From the human T2T-CHM13v2.0 reference genome, Homo sapiens, in the NCBI RefSeq assembly GCF_009914755.1, contig NC_060931.1: DNA of 64,000 bases; one strand, 5' to 3'. This document shows, in pieces, positions 13,001-25,000 of the stretch (position 1 is its first letter; the number at the start of each line of letters is the position of its first letter). Under the pieces are notes generated by a model that was not told where the DNA came from, did not search any database, and worked only from the letters and a program-made list of their open reading frames with translations. The position numbers and the translations under genes are program-made.

Positions 13001-16000
13001 GGAAACGGGATTTCTTCATTTCATGCTAGACAGAAGAATTCTCAGTAACTTCTTTGTGCTGTGTGTATTCAACTCACAGAGTGGAACGTCCCTTTACACA
13101 GAGCAGATTTGAAACACTCTTTTTGTGGAGTTTGCAAGTGGAGATTTCAAGCGATTTGATGCCAACAGTAGAAAAGGAAATATCTTCAAATAAAAACTAG
13201 ACAGAATCATTCTCAGAAACTACTTTGTGATGTGTGCCTTCAACTCACAGAGTTTAACCTTTCTTTTCTTAGAGCAGTTTAGAAACACTCTGCTTGTTAT
13301 GTCTGCAAGTGGATATTTGGACCTCTTTGAGGCCTTCGTTGCAAACGGGGTTTCTTCCTTTCATGCTAGACTAAGAAGTGTTCTCAGTAACTTTTTTGTG
13401 TTGTGTGTATTCAACTCACAGAGTTGAACCTTGCTTTAGAGAGAGCAGATTTGAAACACTCTTGCTGTGGCATTTTCAGGTGGAGATTTCAAGCGATTTG
13501 AGGACAATTGCAGAAAAGGAAATATCTTCGTATAATAACCAGACAGAATCATTCTCAGAAAGTGCTTTGTGATGTGTGCGTTCAACTCACAGAGTTTAAC
13601 CTTTCTTTTCATAGAGGAGTTTGGAAACACACTGTTTGTAAAGTCTGCAGGTGGATATATGGACCTGTTTGAGGCCTTCGTTGGAAACGGGATTTCTTCA
13701 TTGAATGCTAGACGGAAGAATTCTCAGTAAATTCTTTGTGTTGTGTGCATTCAACTCACAGAGTGGAACGTCCCTTTAGACAGAGCAGATTTGAAACACT
13801 CTTTTTGCGGAATTTGCAAGTGGAGATTTCTAGCCATTTGATGCCAACAGTAGAAAGGGAAATATCTTCAAATAAAAACCAGACAGAATCATTCTCAGAA
13901 AATTCTTTGTGATGTGTGCGTTCAACTCACATAGTTTAACCTTTCTTTTCATAGAGCAGTTTGGAAACACTCTGTTTGTAAAGTCTGCAAGTGGATATAT
14001 GGACCGCATTGAGGCCTTCGTTGGAAACGGGATTTCTTCATTTCATGCTAGACAGAAGAATTCTCAGTAACTTCTTTGTGCTGTGTGTATTCAACTCACA
14101 GAGTGGAACGTCCCTTTGCACAGAGCAGATTTGAAACACTCTTTTTGTGGAGTTTGCAAGTGGAGATTTCAAGCGATTTGATGCCAACAGTAGAAAAGGA
14201 AATATCTTCAAATAAAAACTAGACAGAATCATTCTCAGAAACTACTTTGTGATGTGTGCCTTCAACTCACAGAGTTTAACCTTTCTTTTCTTAGAGCAGT
14301 TTAGAAACACTCTGCTTGTTATGTCTGCAAGTGGATATTTGGACCTCTTTGAGGCCTTCGTTGCAAACGGGGTTTCTTCCTTTCATGCTAGACTAAGAAG
14401 AGTTCTCAGTAACTTTTTTGTGTTGTGTGTATTCAACTCACAGAGTTGAACCTTGCTTTAGAGAGAGCAGATTTGAAACACTCTTGCTGTGGCATTTTCA
14501 GGTGGAGATTTCAAGCGATTTGAGGACAATTGCAGAAAAGGAAATATCTTCGTATAATAACCAGACAGAATCATTCTCAGAAAGTGCTTTGTGATGTGTG
14601 CGTTCAACTCACAGAGTTTAACCTTTCTTTTCATAGAGGAGTTTGGAAACACACTGTTTGTAAAGTCTGCAAGTGGATATATGGACCTGTTTGAGGCCTT
14701 CGTTGGAAACGGGATTTCTTCATTGAATGCTAGACGGAAGAATTCTCAGTAAATTCTTTGTGTTGTGTGCATTCAACTCACAGAGTGGAACGTCCCTTTA
14801 GACAGAGCAGATTTGAAACACTCTTTTTGCGGAATTTGCAAGTGGAGATTTCTAGCCATTTGATGCCAACAGTAGAAAGGGAAATATCTTCAAATAAAAA
14901 CCAGACAGAATCATTCTCAGAAAATTCTTTGTGATGTGTGCGTTCAACTCACATAGTTTAACCTTTCTTTTCATAGAGCAGTTTGGAAACACTCTGTTTG
15001 TAAAGTCTGCAAGTGGATATATGGACCGCATTGAGGCCTTCGTTGGAAACGGGATTTCTTCATTTCATGCTAGACAGAAGAATTCTCAGTAACTTCTTTG
15101 TGCTGTGTGTATTCAACTCACAGAGTGGAACGTCCCTTTACACAGAGCAGATTTGAAACACTCTTTTTGTGGAGTTTGCAAGTGGAGATTTCAAGCGATT
15201 TGATGCCAACAGTAGAAAAGGAAATATCTTCAAATAAAAACTAGACAGAATCATTCTCAGAAACTACTTTGTGATGTGTGCCTTCAACTCACAGAGTTTA
15301 ACCTTTCTTTTCTTAGAGCAGTTTAGAAACACTCTGCTTGTTATGTCTGCAAGTGGATATTTGGACCTCTTTGAGGCCTTCGTTGCAAACGGGGTTTCTT
15401 CCTTTCATGCTAGACTAAGAAGTGTTCTCAGTAACTTTTTTGTGTTGTGTGTATTCAACTCACAGAGTTGAACCTTGCTTTAGAGAGAGCAGATTTGAAA
15501 CACTCTTGCTGTGGCATTTTCAGGTGGAGATTTCAAGCGATTTGAGGACAATTGCAGAAAAGGAAATATCTTCGTATAATAACCAGACAGAATCATTCTC
15601 AGAAAGTGCTTTGTGATGTGTGCGTTCAACTCACAGAGTTTAACCTTTCTTTTCATAGAGGAGTTTGGAAACACACTGTTTGTAAAGTCTGCAGGTGGAT
15701 ACATGGACCTGTTTGAGGCCTTCGTTGGAAACGGGATTTCTTCATTGAATGCTAGACGGAAGAATTCTCAGTAAATTCTTTGTGTTGTGTGCATTCAACT
15801 CACAGAGTGGAACGTCCCTTTAGACAGAGCAGATTTGAAACACTCTTTTTGCGGAATTTGCAAGTGGAGATTTCTAGCCATTTGATGCCAACAGTAGAAA
15901 GGGAAATATCTTCAAATAAAAACCAGACAGAATCATTCTCAGAAAATTCTTTGTGATGTGTGCGTTCAACTCACATAGTTTAACCTTTCTTTTCATAGAG

Positions 16001-18396
16001 CAGTTTGGAAACACTCTGTTTGTAAAGTCTGCAAGTGGATATATGGACCGCATTGAGGCCTTCGTTGGAAACGGGATTTCTTCATTTCATGCTAGACAGA
16101 AGAATTCTCAGTAACTTCTTTGTGCTGTGTGTATTCAACTCACAGAGTGGAACGTCCCTTTGCACAGAGCAGATTTGAAACACTCTTTTTGTGGAGTTTG
16201 CAAGTGGAGATTTCAAGCGATTTGATGCCAACAGTAGAAAAGGAAATATCTTCAAATAAAAACTAGACAGAATCATTCTCAGAAACTACTTTGTGATGTG
16301 TGCCTTCAACTCACAGAGTTTAACCTTTCTTTTCTTAGAGCAGTTTAGAAACACTCTGCTTGTTATGTCTGCAAGTGGATATTTGGACCTCTTTGAGGCC
16401 TTCGTTGCAAACGGGGTTTCTTCCTTTCATGCTAGACTAAGAAGAGTTCTCAGTAACTTTTTTGTGTTGTGTGTATTCAACTCACAGAGTTGAACCTTGC
16501 TTTAGAGAGAGCAGATTTGAAACACTCTTGCTGTGGCATTTTCAGGTGGAGATTTCAAGCGATTTGAGGACAATTGCAGAAAAGGAAATATCTTCGTATA
16601 ATAACCAGACAGAATCATTCTCAGAAAGTGCTTTGTGATGTGTGCGTTCAACTCACAGAGTTTAACCTTTCTTTTCATAGAGGAGTTTGGAAACACACTG
16701 TTTGTAAAGTCTGCAATTGGATATATGGACCTGTTTGAGGCCTTCGTTGGAAACGGGATTTCTTCATTGAATGCTAGACGGAAGAATTCTCAGTAAATTC
16801 TTTGTGTTGTGTGCATTCAACTCACAGAGTGGAACGTCCCTTTAGACAGAGCAGATTTGAAACACTCTTTTTGCGGAATTTGCAAGTGGAGATTTCTAGC
16901 CATTTGATGCCAACAGTAGAAAGGGAAATATCTTCAAATAAAAACCAGACAGAATCATTCTCAGAAAATTCTTTGTGATGTGTGCGTTCAACTCACATAG
17001 TTTAACCTTTCTTTTCATAGAGCAGTTTGGAAACACTCTGTTTGTAAAGTCTGCAAGTGGATATATGGACCGCATTGAGGCCTTCGTTGGAAACGGGATT
17101 TCTTCATTTCATGCTAGACAGAAGAATTCTCAGTAACTTCTTTGTGCTGTGTGTATTCAACTCACAGAGTGGAACGTCCCTTTGCACAGAGCAGATTTGA
17201 AACACTCTTTTTGTGGAGTTTGCAAGTGGAGATTTCAAGCGATTTGATGCCAACAGTAGAAAAGGAAATATCTTCAAATAAAAACTAGACAGAATCATTC
17301 TCAGAAACTACTTTGTGATGTGTGCCTTCAACTCACAGAGTTTAACCTTTCTTTTCTTAGAGCAGTTTAGAAACACTCTGCTTGTTATGTCTGCAAGTGG
17401 ATATTTGGACCTCTTTGAGGCCTTCGTTGCAAACGGGGTTTCTTCCTTTCATGCTAGACTAAGAAGAGTTCTCAGTAACTTTTTTGTGTTGTGTGTATTC
17501 AACTCACAGAGTTGAACCTTGCTTTAGAGAGAGCAGATTTGAAACACTCTTGCTGTGGCATTTTCAGGTGGAGATTTCAAGCGATTTGAGGACAATTGCA
17601 GAAAAGGAAATATCTTCGTATAATAACCAGACAGAATCATTCTCAGAAAGTGCTTTGTGATGTGTGCGTTCAACTCACAGAGTTTAACCTTTCTTTTCAT
17701 AGAGGAGTTTGGAAACACACTGTTTGTAAAGTCTGCAAGTGGATATATGGACCTGTTTGAGGCCTTCGTTGGAAACGGGATTTCTTCATTGAATGCTAGA
17801 CGGAAGAATTCTCAGTAAATTCTTTGTGTTGTGTGCATTCAACTCACAGAGTGGAACGTCCCTTTAGACAGAGCAGATTTGAAACACTCTTTTTGCGGAA
17901 TTTGCAAGTGGAGATTTCTAGCCATTTGATGCCAACAGTAGAAAGGGAAATATCTTCAAATAAAAACCAGACAGAATCATTCTCAGAAAATTCTTTGTGA
18001 TGTGTGCGTTCAACTCACATAGTTTAACCTTTCTTTTCATAGAGCAGTTTGGAAACACTCTGTTTGTAAAGTCTGCAAGTGGATATATGGACCGCATTGA
18101 GGCCTTCGTTGGAAACGGGATTTCTTCATTTCATGCTAGACAGAAGAATTCTCAGTAACTTCTTTGTGCTGTGTGTATTCAACTCACAGAGTGGAACGTC
18201 CCTTTGCACAGAGCAGATTTGAAACACTCTTTTTGTGGAGTTTGCAAGTGGAGATTTCAAGCGATTTGATGCCAACAGTAGAAAAGGAAATATCTTCAAA
18301 TAAAAACTAGACAGAATCATTCTCAGAAACTACTTTGTGATGTGTGCCTTCAACTCACAGAGTTTAACCTTTCTTTTCTTAGAGCAGTTTAGAAAC

Positions 18397-19078
18397 ACTC
18401 TGCTTGTTATGTCTGCAAGTGGATATTTGGACCTCTTTGAGGCCTTCGTTGCAAACGGGGTTTCTTCCTTTCATGCTAGACTAAGAAGAGTTCTCAGTAA
18501 CTTTTTTGTGTTGTGTGTATTCAACTCACAGAGTTGAACCTTGCTTTAGAGAGAGCAGATTTGAAACACTCTTGCTGTGGCATTTTCAGGTGGAGATTTC
18601 AAGCGATTTGAGGACAATTGCAGAAAAGGAAATATCTTCGTATAATAACCAGACAGAATCATTCTCAGAAAGTGCTTTGTGATGTGTGCGTTCAACTCAC
18701 AGAGTTTAACCTTTCTTTTCATAGAGGAGTTTGGAAACACTCTGTTTGTAAAGTCTGCAAGTGGATATATGGACCGCATTGAGGCCTTCGTTGGAAACGG
18801 GATTTCTTCATTTCATGCTAGACAGAAGAATTCTCAGTAACTTCTTTGTGCTGTGTGTATTCAACTCACAGAGTGGAACGTCCCTTTGCACAGAGCAGAT
18901 TTGAAACACTCTTTTTGTGGAGTTTGCAAGTGGAGATTTCAAGCGATTTGATGCCAACAGTAGAAAAGGAAATATCTTCAAATAAAAACTAGACAGAATC
19001 ATTCTCAGAAACTACTTTGTGATGTGTGCCTTCAACTCACAGAGTTTAACCTTTCTTTTCTTAGAGCAGTTTAGAAAC
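18397..19078 (+). repeat. 682-bp 4-mer structural variant HOR (one 340-bp dimer deleted)
   Basis: The ORF period drops from 1022 to 682 (18546 to 19228). A hybrid monomer at 18721-18780 starts as atagaGGagt (first-dimer type) and continues as Tctgtttg...ggaccGCAtt (second-dimer type). Confidence 0.97.
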
Positions 19079-22000
19079 ACTCTGCTTGTTATGTCTGCAA
19101 GTGGATATTTGGACCTCTTTGAGGCCTTCGTTGCAAACGGGGTTTCTTCCTTTCATGCTAGACTAAGAAGAGTTCTCAGTAACTTTTTTGTGTTGTGTGT
19201 ATTCAACTCACAGAGTTGAACCTTGCTTTAGAGAGAGCAGATTTGAAACACTCTTGCTGTGGCATTTTCAGGTGGAGATTTCAAGCGATTTGAGGACAAT
19301 TGCAGAAAAGGAAATATCTTCGTATAATAACCAGACAGAATCATTCTCAGAAAGGGCTTTGTGATGTGTGCGTTCAACTCACAGAGTTTAACCTTTCTTT
19401 TCATAGAGGAGTTTGGAAACACACTGTTTGTAAAGTCTGCAAGTGGATATATGGACCTGTTTGAGGCCTTCGTTGGAAACGGGATTTCTTCATTGAATGC
19501 TAGACGGAAGAATTCTCAGTAAATTCTTTGTGTTGTGTGCATTCAACTCACAGAGTGGAACGTCCCTTTAGACAGAGCAGATTTGAAACACTCTTTTTGC
19601 GGAATTTGCAAGTGGAGATTTCTAGCCATTTGATGCCAACAGTAGAAAGGGAAATATCTTCAAATAAAAACCAGACAGAATCATTCTCAGAAAATTCTTT
19701 GTGATGTGTGCGTTCAACTCACATAGTTTAACCTTTCTTTTCATAGAGCAGTTTGGAAACACTCTGTTTGTAAAGTCTGCAAGTGGATATATGGACCGCA
19801 TTGAGGCCTTCGTTGGCAACGGGATTTCTTCATTTCATGCTAGACAGAAGAATTCTCAGTAACTTCTTTGTGCTGTGTGTATTCAACTCACAGAGTGGAA
19901 CGTCCCTTTGCACAGAGCAGATTTGAAACACTCTTTTTCTGGAGTTTGCAAGTGGAGATTTCAAGCGATTTGATGCCAACAGTAGAAAAGGAAATATCTT
20001 CAAATAAAAACTAGACAGAATCATTCTCAGAAACTACTTTGTGATGTGTGCCTTCAACTCACAGAGTTTAACCTTTCTTTTCTTAGAGCAGTTTAGAAAC
20101 ACTCTGCTTGTTATGTCTGCAAGTGGATATTTGGACCTCTTTGAGGCCTTCGTTGCAAACGGGGTTTCTTCCTTTCATGCTAGACTAAGAAGAGTTCTCA
20201 GTAACTTTTTTGTGTTGTGTGTATTCAACTCACAGAGTTGAACCTTGCTTTAGAGAGAGCAGATTTGAAACACTCTTGCTGTGGCATTTTCAGGTGGAGA
20301 TTTCAAGCGATTTGAGGACAATTGCAGAAAAGGAAATATCTTCGTATAATAACCAGACAGAATCATTCTCAGAAAGTGCTTTGTGATGTGTGCGTTCAAC
20401 TCACAGAGTTTAACCTTTCTTTTCATAGAGGAGTTTGGAAACACACTGTTTGTAAAGTCTGCAAGTGGATATATGGACCTGTTTGAGGCCTTCGTTGGAA
20501 ACGGGATTTCTTCATTGAATGCTAGACGGAAGAATTCTCAGTAAATTCTTTGTGTTGTGTGCATTCAACTCACAGAGTGGAACGTCCCTTTAGACAGAGC
20601 AGATTTGAAACACTCTTTTTGCGGAATTTGCAAGTGGAGATTTCTAGCCATTTGATGCCAACAGTAGAAAGGGAAATATCTTCAAATAAAAACCAGACAG
20701 AATCATTCTCAGAAAATTCTTTGTGATGTGTGCGTTCAACTCACATAGTTTAACCTTTCTTTTCATAGAGCAGTTTGGAAACACTCTGTTTGTAAAGTCT
20801 GCAAGTGGATATATGGACCGCATTGAGGCCTTCGTTGGAAACGGGATTTCTTCATTTCATGCTAGACAGAAGAATTCTCAGTAACTTCTTTGTGCTGTGT
20901 GTATTCAACTCACAGAGTGGAACGTCCCTTTGCACAGAGCAGATTTGAAACACTCTTTTTGTGGAGTTTGCAAGTGGAGATTTCAAGCGATTTGATGCCA
21001 ACAGTAGAAAAGGAAATATCTTCAAATAAAAACTAGACAGAATCATTCTCAGAAACTACTTTGTGATGTGTGCCTTCAACTCACAGAGTTTAACCTTTCT
21101 TTTCTTAGAGCAGTTTAGAAACACTCTGCTTGTTATGTCTGCAAGTGGATATTTGGACCTCTTTGAGGCCTTCGTTGCAAACGGGGTTTCTTCCTTTCAT
21201 GCTAGACTAAGAAGAGTTCTCAGTAACTTTTTTGTGTTGTGTGTATTCAACTCACAGAGTTGAACCTTGCTTTAGAGAGAGCAGATTTGAAACACTCTTG
21301 CTGTGGCATTTTCAGGTGGAGATTTCAAGCGATATGAGGACAATTGCAGAACAGGAAATATCTTCGTATAATAACCAGACAGAATCATTCTCAGAAAGTG
21401 CTTTGTGATGTGTGCGTTCAACTCACAGAGTTTAACCTTTCTTTTCATAGAGGAGTTTGGAAACACACTGTTTGTAAAGTCTGCAAGTGGATATATGGAC
21501 CTGTTTGAGGCCTTCGTTGGAAACGGGATTTCTTCATTGCATGCTAGACGGAAGAATTCTCAGTAAATTCTTTGTGTTGTGTGCATTCAACTCACAGAGT
21601 GGAACGTCCCTTTAGACAGAGCAGATTTGAAACACTCTTTTTGCGGAATTTGCAAGTGGAGATTTCTAGCCATTTGATGCCAACAGTAGAAAGGGAAATA
21701 TCTTCAAATAAAAACCAGACAGAATCATTCTCAGAAAATTCTTTGTGATGTGTGCGTTCAACTCACATAGTTTAACCTTTCTTTTCATAGAGCAGTTTGG
21801 AAACACTCTGTTTGTAAAGTCTGCAAGTGGATATATGGACCGCATTGAGGCCTTCGTTGGAAACGGGATTTCTTCATTTCATGCTAGACAGAAGAATTCT
21901 CAGTAACTTCTTTGTGCTGTGTGTATTCAACTCACAGAGTGGAACGTCCCTTTGCACAGAGCAGATTTGAAACACTCTTTTTGTGGAGTTTGCAAGTGGA

Positions 22001-25000
22001 GATTTCAAGCGATTTGATGCCAACAGTAGAAAAGGAAATATCTTCAAATAAAAACTAGACAGAATCATTCTCAGAAACTACTTTGTGATGTGTGCCTTTA
22101 ACTCACAGAGTTTAACCTTTCTTTTCTTAGAGCAGTTTAGAAACACTCTGCTTGTTATGTCTGCAAGGGGATATTTGGACCTCTTTGAGGCCTTCGTTGC
22201 AAACGGGGTTTCTTCCTTTCATGCTAGACTAAGAAGTGTTCTCAGTAACTTTTTTGTGTTGTGTGTATTCAACTCACAGAGTTGAACCTTGCTTTAGAGA
22301 GAGCAGATTTGAAACACTCTTGCTGTGGCATTTTCAGGTGGAGATTTCAAGCGATTTGAGGACAATTGCAGAAAAGGAAATATCTTCGTATAATAACCAG
22401 ACAGAATCATTCTCAGAAAGTGCTTTGTGATGTGTGCGTTCAACTCACAGAGTTTAACCTTTCTTTTCATAGAGGAGTTTGGAAACACACTGTTTGTAAA
22501 GTCTGCAGGTGGATACATGGACCTGTTTGAGGCCTTCGTTGGAAACGGGATTTCTTCATTGAATGCTAGACGGAAGAATTCTCAGTAAATTCTTTGTGTT
22601 GTGTGCATTCAACTCATAGAGTGGAACGTCCCTTTAGACAGAGCAGATTTGAAACACTCTTTTTGCGGAATTTGCAAGTGGAGATTTCTAGCCATTTGAT
22701 GCCAACAGTAGAAAGGGAAATATCTTCAAATAAAAACCAGACAGAATCATTCTCAGAAAATTCTTTGTGATGTGTGCGTTCAACTCACATAGTTTAACCT
22801 TTCTTTTCATAGAGCAGTTTGGAAACACTCTGTTTGTAAAGTCTGCAAGTGGATATATGGACCGCATTGAGGCCTTCGTTGGAAACGGGATTTCTTCATT
22901 TCATGCTAGACAGAAGAATTCTCAGTAACTTCTTTGTGCTGTGTGTATTCAACTCACAGAGTGGAACGTCCCTTTGCACAGAGCAGATTTGAAACACTCT
23001 TTTTGTGGAGTTTGCAAGTGGAGATTTCAAGCGATTTGATGCCAACAGTAGAAAAGGAAATATCTTCAAATAAAAACTAGACAGAATCATTCTCAGAAAC
23101 TACTTTGTGATGTGTGCCTTCAACTCACAGAGTTTAACCTTTCTTTTCTTAGAGCAGTTTAGAAACACTCTGCTTGTTATGTCTGCAAGTGGATATTTGG
23201 ACCTCTTTGAGGCCTTCGTTGCAAACGGGGTTTCTTCCTTTCATGCTAGACTAAGAAGAGTTCTCAGTAACTTTTTTGTGTTGTGTGTATTCAACTCACA
23301 GAGTTGAACCTTGCTTTAGAGAGAGCAGATTTGAAACACTCTTGCTGTGGCATTTTCAGGTGGAGATTTCAAGCGATATGAGGACAATTGCAGAACAGGA
23401 AATATCTTCGTATAATAACCAGACAGAATCATTCTCAGAAAGTGCTTTGTGATGTGTGCGTTCAACTCACAGAGTTTAACCTTTCTTTTCATAGAGGAGT
23501 TTGGAAACACACTGTTTGTAAAGTCTGCAAGTGGATATATGGACCTGTTTGAGGCCTTCGTTGGAAACGGGATTTCTTCATTGCATGCTAGACGGAAGAA
23601 TTCTCAGTAAATTCTTTGTGTTGTGTGCATTCAACTCACAGAGTGGAACGTCCCTTTAGACAGAGCAGATTTGAAACACTCTTTTTGCGGAATTTGCAAG
23701 TGGAGATTTCTAGCCATTTGATGCCAACAGTAGAAAGGGAAATATCTTCAAATAAAAACCAGACAGAATCATTCTCAGAAAATTCTTTGTGATGTGTGCG
23801 TTCAACTCACATAGTTTAACCTTTCTTTTCATAGAGCAGTTTGGAAACACTCTGTTTGTAAAGTCTGCAAGTGGATATATGGACCGCATTGAGGCCTTCG
23901 TTGGAAACGGGATTTCTTCATTTCATGCTAGACAGAAGAATTCTCAGTAACTTCTTTGTGCTGTGTGTATTCAACTCACAGAGTGGAACGTCCCTTTGCA
24001 CAGAGCAGATTTGAAACACTCTTTTTGTGGAGTTTGCAAGTGGAGATTTCAAGCGATTTGATGCCAACAGTAGAAAAGGAAATATCTTCAAATAAAAACT
24101 AGACAGAATCATTCTCAGAAACTACTTTGTGATGTGTGCCTTCAACTCACAGAGTTTAACCTTTCTTTTCTTAGAGCAGTTTAGAAACACTCTGCTTGTT
24201 ATGTCTGCAAGTGGATATTTGGACCTCTTTGAGGCCTTCGTTGCAAACGGGGTTTCTTCCTTTCATGCTAGACTAAGAAGAGTTCTCAGTAACTTTTTTG
24301 TGTTGTGTGTATTCAACTCACAGAGTTGAACCTTGCTTTAGAGAGAGCAGATTTGAAACACTCTTGCTGTGGCATTTTCAGGTGGAGATTTCAAGCGATT
24401 TGAGGACAATTGCAGAAAAGGAAATATCTTCGTATAATAACCAGACAGAATCATTCTCAGAAAGTGCTTTGTGATGTGTGCGTTCAACTCACAGAGTTTA
24501 ACCTTTCTTTTCATAGAGGAGTTTGGAAACACACTGTTTGTAAAGTCTGCAAGTGGATATATGGACCTGTTTGAGGCCTTCGTTGGAAACGGGATTTCTT
24601 CATTGAATGCTAGACGGAAGAATTCTCAGTAAATTCTTTGTGTTGTGTGCATTCAACTCACAGAGTGGAACGTCCCTTTAGACAGAGCAGATTTGAAACA
24701 CTCTTTTTGCGGAATTTGCAAGTGGAGATTTCTAGCCATTTGATGCCAACAGTAGAAAGGGAAATATCTTCAAATAAAAACCAGACAGAATCATTCTCAG
24801 AAAATTCTTTGTGATGTGTGCGTTCAACTCACATAGTTTAACCTTTCTTTTCATAGAGCAGTTTGGAAACACTCTGTTTGTAAAGTCTGCAAGTGGATAT
24901 ATGGACCGCATTGAGGCCTTCGTTGGAAACGGGATTTCTTCATTTCATGCTAGACAGAAGAATTCTCAGTAACTTCTTTGTGCTGTGTGTATTCAACTCA

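Noticed and set aside
18546-18779. Unique 77-aa fusion ORF
   Set aside because: It is a by-product of the 340-bp deletion junction.
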